Source: a virus (lineage: Duplodnaviria > Caudoviricetes). From it: DNA of 41,723 nucleotides. The translations under genes and the position numbers were made by a program. Shown here piece by piece: positions 16,470 to 25,648 of the stretch (position 1 is its first letter; every line of letters starts with the position of its first letter). A model generated the notes under the pieces. That model was not told the DNA's origin and ran no database searches. It was given only the letters and a program-made list of their open reading frames with translations. The stretch is from the IMG/VR virus record IMGVR_UViG_3300038673_000125, positions 1 through 41,723 of that record. One strand, written 5' to 3'.

Positions 16470-17297
16470 ATGGCAGAAGAATTCAATACGGGTGCTGGTG
16501 TGCCCGAGTCCAGCGATATCGGAATGCTGGACGCTTCGGTCGAAATGTTGCCCGGTGAGAGCGCAGGGGACGACGCTTTGCAGGCTACCGAGAGTAACTT
16601 GGACGAATTCGCTGATAGCCCTGACGATCTGGACCTCGATAATGATCTTGACGAAACGCCCGAAGAACCGCGTGCTCAACAGAGCAAGCAGGAAAAGGGC
16701 ATCAACGCACGGATACGGGCTGGCGTCAAAAAAGGCGTACAGCGGGAAATGGCGAACATCCGCAGTTCGGTTATGTCCGAAGTGCAGAAAGCAGTCACCG
16801 CCGCTACCGAGCCGTTGAAAGCTCAGATCAAATCGTACCAGGACGCGGCTATTGAGCGAGAGGCACAAGCTCTCGTAGCTTCCGGCGACGTGAAAAACCT
16901 TGACATCGCAAAGGCTTACGTGGCACAGAAGTACGGGGCGGTAACACCAACTGTTTCCACCCCGAAGCCTGAAAACAATCCCCAGCAGCAAGCCCAGCAG
17001 CAGACGGATCCGCGAACTGATTTTCTCGCAAAACAGGCGGTGAAACTGAAAGCAAAGGGCATAGACGTTATCTCCGCTTACAAAACCAATCCGGCTATCC
17101 AGCAGAAGGTAAACAGCGGAGATTGGGATATGCACGATGTCGCCGAGTATATGCAGCGGGCGCAGAAATCCGGCAAGGTTCCGGCGCCTATGCGTGCAGC
17201 GAACAGCGGCGCGGTCCCGAAAATAACGCCTGGATCAATGAGCCCAGAGCAATGGGAGCGTTTCAATGCTGCGCTTGAAGAAGGGAAGGTTTATTAG
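16470..17297 (+). CDS. Putative scaffolding protein
   Basis: Acidic N-terminus and helical body; located between portal and capsid genes; AAGGAG RBS. Confidence 0.7.
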   Translation: MAEEFNTGAGVPESSDIGMLDASVEMLPGESAGDDALQATESNLDEFADSPDDLDLDNDLDETPEEPRAQQSKQEKGINARIRAGVKKGVQREMANIRSSVMSEVQKAVTAATEPLKAQIKSYQDAAIEREAQALVASGDVKNLDIAKAYVAQKYGAVTPTVSTPKPENNPQQQAQQQTDPRTDFLAKQAVKLKAKGIDVISAYKTNPAIQQKVNSGDWDMHDVAEYMQRAQKSGKVPAPMRAANSGAVPKITPGSMSPEQWERFNAALEEGKVY

Positions 17298-17327
17298 GCA
17301 GGGGTTCACGAAAGGAGATAACCCCTC

Positions 17328-18557
17328 ATGGCCGTCTTTGATAACCTGAACTATACCTATTCCGCAGGTGTAAAGCCTGAGATCACCCAATACTATCAGC
17401 GCGTTATGCAGGAACGCCTGCTACCCGAACTGGTGCATATGCGCGATGCGGCAACGCTTCCGCTCCCGCAGAACAACGGCAATACCATGACGTTCCGCAA
17501 GCTCGTTTCCCTGTCCGTCGATACTACGCCGCTTGCACAGGGCGTGACGCCCGCCGGTTCGACGCTGACTGAAACCTCGTTCCAGCTTCGCGTCAAGTCC
17601 TACGGCAAACACGTCGAGCTCACGGACGAACTGCAATACTATTCGATGTCCAACATGATGCGTGAGGCCGCCATCGCTCTGCGCGAGAACGCGATCAAAA
17701 CGCTCGATACTATTGCCCGCGATGCGTTCAATGCCGGGACAAACGTGCAATACGCCGGGTCCAATACTGTGCGCGGCACGATCACTGCGTCTGATAAGCT
17801 GACCTATGCGGAGGTTAAAGAGGCTGTCCGCACGCTTAAGCGTCAAGACGTGAAGCCGTTCGCCGATGGGTACTACCATGCGATCGTTCATCCCGACGCG
17901 GTATACGATCTGACCTCTGATTCGATGTGGACCGACGTATCGAAGTATCAGGATCGCATGAAGGTCGAGAAGTACGAGCTCGGCAATATCTATGGCGTGC
18001 GTTTCTATGAGAGCACGAACGCCAAGGTGTTTGAGGTCGAAACGTACGTGTACGGCACGACCACGAGCATTGTTGCCTCTGCGAACTATGACGCGACCAA
18101 CAATGAGATCACCTACGACACTACAATCAGCTACGACGAAGCCGCGCAAATGATCGGGAAACTTGTCAATGTACAGTACACCGATGGCAGTGATTACGTC
18201 ACGCCGATGTGTATTATGAGCATTGACACGACCAACAAAAAGATCAAATTCCGCTGGCAACCCGCCGCTGCTGTAACCGACAATTGGACAACCGCTAAGA
18301 CCCTGACGATCGTACCGACCGGCGCGGGCGCTTCCGACGTGGACGTATTCTCCACGCTGGTATATGGCCGCGATTCTCTCGGCACTCCCAAACTGGCCGG
18401 TGAGGGGCAGATTCGCACCACTGTCATTCCGCCCACTCCGACCAAGGACGATCCGCACGGCCAACGCGCTCTTGCCGCATGGACCGCAAAGGGCTTCGGC
18501 GCTGGCATTCTCGTACAGGATGCCGTTGTGCGTATCGAGCACGGCGCAACCGCATAA
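17328..18557 (+). CDS. Major capsid protein (N4-gp56-like family)
   Basis: LPQNNGNTMTFRK, TPLAQGVTP, YHAIVHPD, ELGNIYGVRFYEST, DPHGQR. Confidence 0.88.
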   Translation: MAVFDNLNYTYSAGVKPEITQYYQRVMQERLLPELVHMRDAATLPLPQNNGNTMTFRKLVSLSVDTTPLAQGVTPAGSTLTETSFQLRVKSYGKHVELTDELQYYSMSNMMREAAIALRENAIKTLDTIARDAFNAGTNVQYAGSNTVRGTITASDKLTYAEVKEAVRTLKRQDVKPFADGYYHAIVHPDAVYDLTSDSMWTDVSKYQDRMKVEKYELGNIYGVRFYESTNAKVFEVETYVYGTTTSIVASANYDATNNEITYDTTISYDEAAQMIGKLVNVQYTDGSDYVTPMCIMSIDTTNKKIKFRWQPAAAVTDNWTTAKTLTIVPTGAGASDVDVFSTLVYGRDSLGTPKLAGEGQIRTTVIPPTPTKDDPHGQRALAAWTAKGFGAGILVQDAVVRIEHGATA

Positions 18558-18564
18558 CTATTCA

Positions 18565-18598
18565 CGGGCAGCGGGTATGTAACAATACCCGCTGCCCG
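18565..18598 (+). other. Strong 14-bp hairpin after the capsid gene (attenuator or mRNA stabiliser)
   Basis: CGGGCAGCGGGTAT-GTAACA-ATACCCGCTGCCCG; no U-tract follows. Confidence 0.7.
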
Positions 18599-18620
18599 GT
18601 GTAAAATTAAGGAGGATAAC

Positions 18621-18947
18621 ATGCAAGAGCAAATCATGGAACTCGAAGAAGAAGAAACGACCGAAAAACCCAAGCGGCGAAATGCCAAGACCGCCGACAA
18701 GTCCGACGCGCTCACGGTGAAAAGGGTCCCCGGCGCAAAGACTGTCGCAATGGGCGACGTTCCAATCGTGAGGAACGTTGTGCTGCCGCTTCCTCCGGAT
18801 ATTGCTGACGATCCCAGCGTGGCTAAGGTAGATTTTGTAACCCACAACGGCTACAAGTACGAGATTAAGCTGGGGCAAGCCGTTGATCTCCCTGCGCCAG
18901 TGTATATGATTCTGAAACAGGGCAAATACAAGCACATTAACATCTAA
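18621..18947 (+). CDS. Hypothetical head-associated protein
   Basis: AAGGAGG RBS; follows the capsid gene. Confidence 0.75.
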   Translation: MQEQIMELEEEETTEKPKRRNAKTADKSDALTVKRVPGAKTVAMGDVPIVRNVVLPLPPDIADDPSVAKVDFVTHNGYKYEIKLGQAVDLPAPVYMILKQGKYKHINI

Positions 18948-18979
18948 CCAGGCAAGACTTCTTATCAGGAGGGGATAGA

Positions 18980-19348
18980 ATGAACGTCAGGGAAATCAAA
19001 GAGCGCGTGATGTATCAGACGAATAATGATGCTGATGATGTCGGCGACTTTTCCCCGCATCTTCTCGGCTATATCAACGACGGGTACGATCAGATATTAT
19101 TTGACGCGCTCGGCGTTCATGTAGGAGATACAGACTATCCCCTCCTTTCAAGCGACGCTGATACTCCGGTTTCTGGCGTTCCTGCATGGACACACAGCGC
19201 CATTGCGGACTATGCGACCTATTGCGTTTACATGAACGGCAGCGCACCGAAGCAAAGTCGAGGGTACGCATATCTGGCGCGGTTCAATAAAGTAAAGAGC
19301 CGCCTGTCCGTAGCGAATACCCCGGCCATAACGAACATACCGATGTAA
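18980..19348 (+). CDS. Putative head-tail adaptor
   Basis: Size, position, and INDGY...AIADYA helical pattern. Confidence 0.6.
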   Translation: MNVREIKERVMYQTNNDADDVGDFSPHLLGYINDGYDQILFDALGVHVGDTDYPLLSSDADTPVSGVPAWTHSAIADYATYCVYMNGSAPKQSRGYAYLARFNKVKSRLSVANTPAITNIPM

Positions 19349-19361
19349 TTGAGGTATTGTC

Positions 19362-21191
19362 ATGGCGACGTTCAACACGCTAAACCAATATGACGCTCAC
19401 TCAAGAATCCCAGCATTTTTGGGGCTGAGTCAGTTTGGCGACCAACTCAACCGCGATCCGCGTTATGCTGTGGAAGCCGAGAACATGGATACTGTCGGCG
19501 GCACTTTGCAGCCGATGGCGAAATGCACGATATTAACGCCGTCGCTGGATAATAAGATCGAAACGCTTGCAAGGCTGTATCGGCGGTGGTATGTCGGCGA
19601 GGAAGAAAACGAACTGCTGATTGCCGCGTCGAACGGGCAGCTTTACTATATGCACCCATCGGATGAAACCTGGACGCAGTTGACTCTGCCTGTAGAAATC
19701 GCGGCGGTCGCTGGGGCACGTTCCTACACGATTGCGGTCAATGCCGTTGCGGATGATACGGTTACTGTTGAGGGCGTGACGTTCACGGCGGTTGTATCAG
19801 GCGCGACCGGCAATCAGTTCAATGTCGGCGGCACGATAGCTTTGACCGCGACGGCGCTTTATACGGCACTGGCAGCCAACGCGACGATAACGGCGACCTA
19901 TACCGTGACGAATCCAAGTGACGGCGTAATTGTTCTGACAGAAACCAGCGCCGGCGATCTTGATACGCCCGGAGAAATGACCTTTACTGGCACAATCGAA
20001 GTGGAAAACGGCACGGCGACCGAATCGGCGGCAACTATCCCAGCTTGGACGGAAACACAAAGCGATGTTTGGAGCTTTGTGGCCTATGAAATCAATCCGT
20101 CCGGTTCGCCCGTGGACGTATTACTGATGTCAAATGCGCTCGACGGAATGATTATGATTCGCGGCGATGATAAGAGCGTCGTTGCGGTTGAAACGCCGAA
20201 ACTGTTTGGCGTGATCGAGCGTCATGCTGAAAGAATTTGGGGCGGCGCGATTCTTGATGACCCTGACATGCTCGTGTATTCCGCGCCGTTCGACCCTACG
20301 GATTGGGACGCCGACCTTGATATACCGGAAGATGGCGCTGGCGATATCACTCAACCATCTTGGGACGGGGACAGTTTTACTGCCCTGAAAGCGTTCGGCG
20401 ACCAACTGATTGCGTTCAAAAGCAATCGCGTGTGGAGAATCCTTGGCACCGACCCTGGCGAATATGTTTTCAAGGAACAGTTTGGCGGCGGCGCTCCGTA
20501 CTTCAACACGATAGCGATTGATACTGAGCGGATCCTGATGCTCGATACGGACGGGATTGTTGTTTACGATGGATTGAGCGTTATGCCGTTTTACCAAGAG
20601 TATGCCAAGGATGTATTCGCCGATATCAACCAGAGCGCAATCAGCCAGGCGTGCGCGGCGATATGGAAAAATCGGTATTACTGCGCCCTGCCGCTTGGAA
20701 CGTCTGAAATCAACAATGCTGTGCTGATTTATGATATCAAGGCAAACACATGGTTGCTGCGGACGGACGTTTCGGTTGAAGCATTTCTGCCGACGGACGA
20801 TGCGTTGTATTTTACCAGTTCGACTACTCCGGGGAAAATCTGGACGTGGAATGAAAACGCGTGGGAAACAGGTTATGCGACCGAAAGCGATACGCGCTGG
20901 GTCGGCCCGTGGAATGACCTTGGCTACAAAAACATCGTCAAGGGCGGGTTTGATGTCTACCTGACGATCGAGGTACAGGCCACATGCGCCTTGACCGTCA
21001 CGATTGAAACCGAGAAAAAGTCCAAGAGCAAGTCCTATTCTGTGCAGTATACGGCGAATGACTTCAAACAGAAACGGCTGCACTTTGGCGGGACTGGCCG
21101 CAGATTCCGGCTGATTATCGAAAGCAGCGACGGCGCCTTGTGGCGAACTGTTGGTGGCATCACGATCATTTCCGAGATTGATTCGGATTAG
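19362..21191 (+). CDS. Putative tail nozzle / P22 gp10-like stabilisation protein with an inserted Ala/Thr-rich domain
   Basis: Beta-propeller-like pattern (ERIWGG, LVYSAPFDPTDW, LIAFKSNRVWRILG, VLIYD); position in a podovirus-type module. Confidence 0.7.
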   Translation: MATFNTLNQYDAHSRIPAFLGLSQFGDQLNRDPRYAVEAENMDTVGGTLQPMAKCTILTPSLDNKIETLARLYRRWYVGEEENELLIAASNGQLYYMHPSDETWTQLTLPVEIAAVAGARSYTIAVNAVADDTVTVEGVTFTAVVSGATGNQFNVGGTIALTATALYTALAANATITATYTVTNPSDGVIVLTETSAGDLDTPGEMTFTGTIEVENGTATESAATIPAWTETQSDVWSFVAYEINPSGSPVDVLLMSNALDGMIMIRGDDKSVVAVETPKLFGVIERHAERIWGGAILDDPDMLVYSAPFDPTDWDADLDIPEDGAGDITQPSWDGDSFTALKAFGDQLIAFKSNRVWRILGTDPGEYVFKEQFGGGAPYFNTIAIDTERILMLDTDGIVVYDGLSVMPFYQEYAKDVFADINQSAISQACAAIWKNRYYCALPLGTSEINNAVLIYDIKANTWLLRTDVSVEAFLPTDDALYFTSSTTPGKIWTWNENAWETGYATESDTRWVGPWNDLGYKNIVKGGFDVYLTIEVQATCALTVTIETEKKSKSKSYSVQYTANDFKQKRLHFGGTGRRFRLIIESSDGALWRTVGGITIISEIDSD

Positions 21192-21203
21192 GAGGGATAG
21201 AAG

Positions 21204-22286
21204 ATGGCAGCGAACAAGTCAGTCCAGCAGTACCAGCCATTGCGTATCCCGTCAAATTGGGGCACGCAGGAAAAGAAATTCATTGTCCAGCTTACGGATA
21301 TCCTTGACGATATCTATAGGCGTTATGGTCGGTTCAAACTCACTGACCTTGGCGTTGAATTACGCGATCTTGTTGCCGGAACAATTACAGCAGACCGTAT
21401 TGACGTGGACAACCTATACGTGAAACATCTGGACGCTGCGGACGGTACTTTTAACGGGACCTCGACGATTGTAAATCCACTTAATACAGACGAGCAGATT
21501 ATCATAGGACTTAATTGAGAGGGTATCTTTGGAGGGTTTATCACTCGAGATAATGGAGCAACGTTTGTAAAGTGGCTTGATTTTAGTGGACTTGACGGTG
21601 GGGCGATTACGCCAGGAACGTTTGACCCGCTCGCTACGCCTACGTTCACTTATACAGGAACCTATACGCCCGTAAGCGATGGATTAAATGGCTGGCGCAT
21701 TAAATTCCTCACAAGTGGAACGTTTACGCCGGATAACGATATGACAGTCTATATCGTCCTTCTTGGCGCAGGTGGTTCTGGAGAATATGGCGGCGGGGGC
21801 GGAGGCTATACCTCTACGCAATCATCTGTGTCGCTTACCGGCGGGACCCCATATGCTGTCGTTGTTGGCGCAGGCGGTTCTGGTGGGTCAGCTGGGAACG
21901 CAAGCTCGATGGCAGGATATTCGGCGAACGGAGGAAGCGCCGGAAGTATATATTTTAACGGCGGTGCAGGCGGTTCTGGCGGCGGAGCAAGTTCCGGCGA
22001 TTATCAAGTTACCGGGGCAACAGGCGGAACAAATGGCGCTAATGGCGGGAACAGCTCAGCAGGTTCCGGCGGGGCGGGGCAGGGAACTACAACGAAAGAA
22101 TTTGGAGAATCGACGGGTACGGTATATGCCGGTGGGGGCGGCGGTTATATAAACGGAATAGGCGGAACTGGCGGAGGAGGAACTAACGCGAACGGCTCTG
22201 CCAACACGGGCGGCGGTGGGGGTGGAAGCGCGGGAACAACATCAGGCGGCTCCGGCCTCGTAATCATCCGAAATCACAGGGCATAA
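21204..22286 (+). CDS. Tail fibre / receptor-binding protein with a glycine-rich domain, interrupted by one in-frame TGA at 21516-21518
   Basis: ORFs 21204..21518 and 21741..22286 share a frame, and the 74 codons between them contain no stop. Confidence 0.75.
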
Positions 22287-22300
22287 CCCTTTATATATAG

Positions 22301-22329
22301 TTGCACCAAACCAAGAACCACCATATAAT
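22301..22329 (+). promoter_or_regulatory. Putative internal sigma-A/70 promoter
   Basis: TTGCAC-17 nt-TATAAT in an intergenic gap, with AT-rich sequence upstream. Confidence 0.55.
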
Positions 22330-22352
22330 GTATCCGAAAGGAAGGGATTGAA

Positions 22353-23852
22353 ATGGCAATCGCGCTGAACAAACAATATATGGGGCCTATCCCCGGCATG
22401 ATAAAGAATTCGGACGACACAAAGACTGATATCTTTACCGTGCTTGGGCTTACGCCTTCCGCCGTCCCAAAGACAACCTATAACCCTAGCGGTGAAATGC
22501 CGCCGCTTGCAACCGTTGTGATAAATGGGGTTGAGTATGATCTGTTGCCGATTCTGCAAGCGCTGGAAACAAACCACGTTGTAAACCACGTATTCAATGT
22601 TGACGGCTCTAGAACAGACATCTACACAGAAAACGGTTCACTGGCTCGTCCGTACAAAACGATAACAGCAGCGGCAACTGCGATCAATGCGGTTTCCGCA
22701 ACGTTGCTTGATTCGGCTGCGCATTTTGAGTTGTGTAAGTTCATCCTCAACATCGCTCCGGGACTGTACGAAGATGATGTGTCCTTTACGTCCGCGCGCT
22801 ATATCCGCGTCAATATGCAGGGCGTAGAGATTTCCGGCGATATTACAATTGAGCAGGAACAACAGGGCCTTTCAGACTACTACGGCAAGATTGAGTTTGT
22901 CGGCGGGAACAGCAACCGCGCAAATCGCGGCAACTGCGGCCTGATCTCCGGCAATATCACGTTCACGAAAACTGCCTACGATTCGCTGGCGTATTCGGCG
23001 TTCTCCGGTATCCACGTATCCGGCAATATCAGTTACGGCACGGCGGAAACTCCGACTCACGGGACTTGGGTTCTTTGCCTGCAAAACTTCTATATGAGTG
23101 GTACGGACAAGTTCATTTCCGAGTACACCACCGACGCGGGCGAATGTCTGCTGATCGAATCTTACGGCTACAACTACATTAAAGCGCACCTCGCTAAGCA
23201 GGACGGAAGTGCAGCGAAGATCAGCCTGTACGATTGCAACGATACGTACTTTGATTTAGTCAACATCACGCCCACGGAGAATATGCGCGTGAAGAACTGC
23301 ACGTTCAATTCCACCACGGCGATTGTCGCGGCCAAAACGCTTTCCATCGACGCGAACAGCTACCAATCGCTGAAAGCACAGGCTCCGACGCTGACCGGCA
23401 TTGCAATTTCTCCATTGGACGGGTTTGCGGCAGACAGCGGTATTACGGTCAGATATGCCAAGGCTGCGCTTGTGATTGCGGCCGATACGAATGCGCACGA
23501 CACGAGTATTGTCATTCCGGAAGGGTCGATCATCAAAAACGTATGGCTTCGCGTTGAAACGCAGGAGGCAACCGGAACGACAAGGACGGTCGATATCGGC
23601 ATTTCCGGCGGGAATGAGGACGGGTTCCTTGATGGTGTGTCGGTGGCTGCGTCTGGAACAATCAAGGGTACGCTTGTCAACACAGGGCAGACCTTGGGTG
23701 AACTGCTCTGCGTAGATGAAACCGGCGCTGGCGTTCTTGTGCCCGAACCGTATGTATGCGCGGCAGCAACCACGCTTTGCTATACGTTCGGCTCGGCAGA
23801 CTTCGCCGAATTGGTAGCCTACCTGATTGTGGAATATGTAACTATCGCATAA
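22353..23852 (+). CDS. Putative tail spike / structural protein (beta-rich)
   Basis: 499 aa; NGSLARPYKTITAA and NIAPGLYEDDV resemble the start of a beta-helix domain; lies in the tail module. Confidence 0.6.
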   Translation: MAIALNKQYMGPIPGMIKNSDDTKTDIFTVLGLTPSAVPKTTYNPSGEMPPLATVVINGVEYDLLPILQALETNHVVNHVFNVDGSRTDIYTENGSLARPYKTITAAATAINAVSATLLDSAAHFELCKFILNIAPGLYEDDVSFTSARYIRVNMQGVEISGDITIEQEQQGLSDYYGKIEFVGGNSNRANRGNCGLISGNITFTKTAYDSLAYSAFSGIHVSGNISYGTAETPTHGTWVLCLQNFYMSGTDKFISEYTTDAGECLLIESYGYNYIKAHLAKQDGSAAKISLYDCNDTYFDLVNITPTENMRVKNCTFNSTTAIVAAKTLSIDANSYQSLKAQAPTLTGIAISPLDGFAADSGITVRYAKAALVIAADTNAHDTSIVIPEGSIIKNVWLRVETQEATGTTRTVDIGISGGNEDGFLDGVSVAASGTIKGTLVNTGQTLGELLCVDETGAGVLVPEPYVCAAATTLCYTFGSADFAELVAYLIVEYVTIA

Positions 23853-23908
23853 TCAATCAAAAACGACAAATGGTCTAAACAAACGACCCGCCGCTTAGGA
23901 GTGATACC

Positions 23909-25534
23909 ATGTATGAAATAGAAAGCCTGCCGCAGTTAAATCTTGGACGGCTTGGGGAAACCGGCGTAACAACCATTCAGATTGATATTTCCGAGTGGGA
24001 AGCATTATGGCCGGGCATTTCCGTTGGTATTTCCATGATCGCTCCGGGCGGCGGAACCCCGTTTCTGGTAGCCGGAGTACCCGCTGACGAAGCTGACGGC
24101 GTACCCTATATCGAATGGGCCGTGGGAAATGACGCGACTGCACTATCCGGCGTAGGAACGATCGTTGTGCGCGGCGCTATTGATTCGGTTGTGAAACGCA
24201 GCGTTAAAGCTGACGTGATTATCGAACCGGGGCATCCTGCAACCGGCGATCCGCCCGATGGATACGATTCGTGGATGGACGATGCAATCGCGCTGGTGGC
24301 GGCAATGAGTTCATTCGATGAATGGACGTCGGAGATTGTTATCGCAAAGTGGGACGGAGTTACCCATAATGGTTTAAGCTATATCTGGACGCTCGATACG
24401 CCGGGGACTGGAATTGAGCCGCCTGCTACCGGCTGGCTCGCAACGCAAGATTTAAACAGTCTCGTATCGAATGTCCTGTTCACCGCGCACACCATCCTAT
24501 ACGCCACGACCAGTGGAGTACCTGCCGCCCTAACCGTAGCGGAACAAAAGCTCATAGGCAGACTGACAGGAGGGAATATCGCGGCAATCTCCATCGGCAT
24601 AGCGGACGATAACATCGTGCAGATGGATGATGCTAGCGCGGCATCTGGTCAATATCTACGGCTTACCGCAAGCGGCGCAGAGGGCAGAAGCGCGGCAGAG
24701 GTGCTTTCGGACATCGGCGCGGCCACTTCCGCGCAGGGCGCGCTTGCAGATACCATGCAGCATAGAAACATCCTGCACAACTGGTATTTCCTGTCTACCC
24801 CCGTAAACCAGCGAGCCGCGAGCGGAGATATTACGTCCGGCTACTTCTATGACCGCTGGATGCGATATGCGGGGACAATCACGATTGCCGCGACCTATTT
24901 ATCACTCCCTGCGGATGCGTCCATCGAGCAGCGCATAGAAGGATTAGGACTTGCTGGGAAAGTTGTTTCCGCATCTGTCATGGTCGGCGGTGCTGTTATT
25001 AGCGGCTCTGGGACATTCCCAACTTCTGCTGGAACGGTCAGCGTTACACTCACGGGCTTTGGTACCGCAACGCTCGGTTACAATGCGAGCTATATGTATG
25101 TTAGATTTACGGCAACAGATTCTACGCGGCAACTGCAAGCAGTAAAACTTGAACTAGGTTCCGTTTCCACCCTTGCCAACGACCCGCCAGCCGATTATGG
25201 AGAGCAACTGTTAAAATGCCAGCGATATTATCAAAAAGTATATGGTAATTTCATGTGCTACGCGACTGTTGCCGATACGCTGCGCGTTTTCTTTCCGCTT
25301 AATCCAAAAATGCGGATCAACAATCCGGCAATAATATCCGCAGCGTTTGACTGGGCGATTTGGAGCGGAGCCGGATATTTAGACGGTTCTGCTGTAACAA
25401 TTGATAGTTTCTCTGTGATTGCAGGGATGGACAGTGGGGTGGATGTAGCAATTATATTCACAACGAGCAGTTTAGAAACTACTCAGAAGCCCTATTTTAG
25501 CCGTGTTTCTGCTGCGTTTAGCGCTGATCTATGA
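23909..25534 (+). CDS. Putative tail fibre (BppU-like N-terminus)
   Basis: LGRLGETGVTTIQID N-terminus; RNILHNWYF..PVNQR..DRW and VKLELGSVST..EQLLKCQRYYQ fibre motifs. Confidence 0.75.
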   Translation: MYEIESLPQLNLGRLGETGVTTIQIDISEWEALWPGISVGISMIAPGGGTPFLVAGVPADEADGVPYIEWAVGNDATALSGVGTIVVRGAIDSVVKRSVKADVIIEPGHPATGDPPDGYDSWMDDAIALVAAMSSFDEWTSEIVIAKWDGVTHNGLSYIWTLDTPGTGIEPPATGWLATQDLNSLVSNVLFTAHTILYATTSGVPAALTVAEQKLIGRLTGGNIAAISIGIADDNIVQMDDASAASGQYLRLTASGAEGRSAAEVLSDIGAATSAQGALADTMQHRNILHNWYFLSTPVNQRAASGDITSGYFYDRWMRYAGTITIAATYLSLPADASIEQRIEGLGLAGKVVSASVMVGGAVISGSGTFPTSAGTVSVTLTGFGTATLGYNASYMYVRFTATDSTRQLQAVKLELGSVSTLANDPPADYGEQLLKCQRYYQKVYGNFMCYATVADTLRVFFPLNPKMRINNPAIISAAFDWAIWSGAGYLDGSAVTIDSFSVIAGMDSGVDVAIIFTTSSLETTQKPYFSRVSAAFSADL

Positions 25535-25573
25535 CGACTTTGGCGCGGTTGCGCTGTAAACAAGGAGAAAAGG

Positions 25574-25648
25574 ATGGAGAAAATAAAAGCATTGACGGAC
25601 AAGGAACGCTTAGAACGGCTTGAAGAACTGGCTGGAGTAGACCAATGA
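25574..25648 (+). CDS. 24-aa peptide translationally coupled to the endolysin
   Basis: AAGGAG RBS, MEKIKALTDKERLERLEELAGVDQ, ATGA overlap with the lysin start. Confidence 0.5.
   Translation: MEKIKALTDKERLERLEELAGVDQ

Noticed and set aside
21516-21550. Selenocysteine insertion or genome-wide UGA recoding
   Set aside because: Only a weak hairpin follows the UGA, the context is not a redox motif, and TGA is clearly used as stop in many coupled gene pairs.
21741-25534. Diversity-generating retroelement targeting tail fibres
   Set aside because: No reverse transcriptase and no template/variable repeat pair seen. The terminal 130-bp variants are not adenine-specific and fall mostly at third codon positions.
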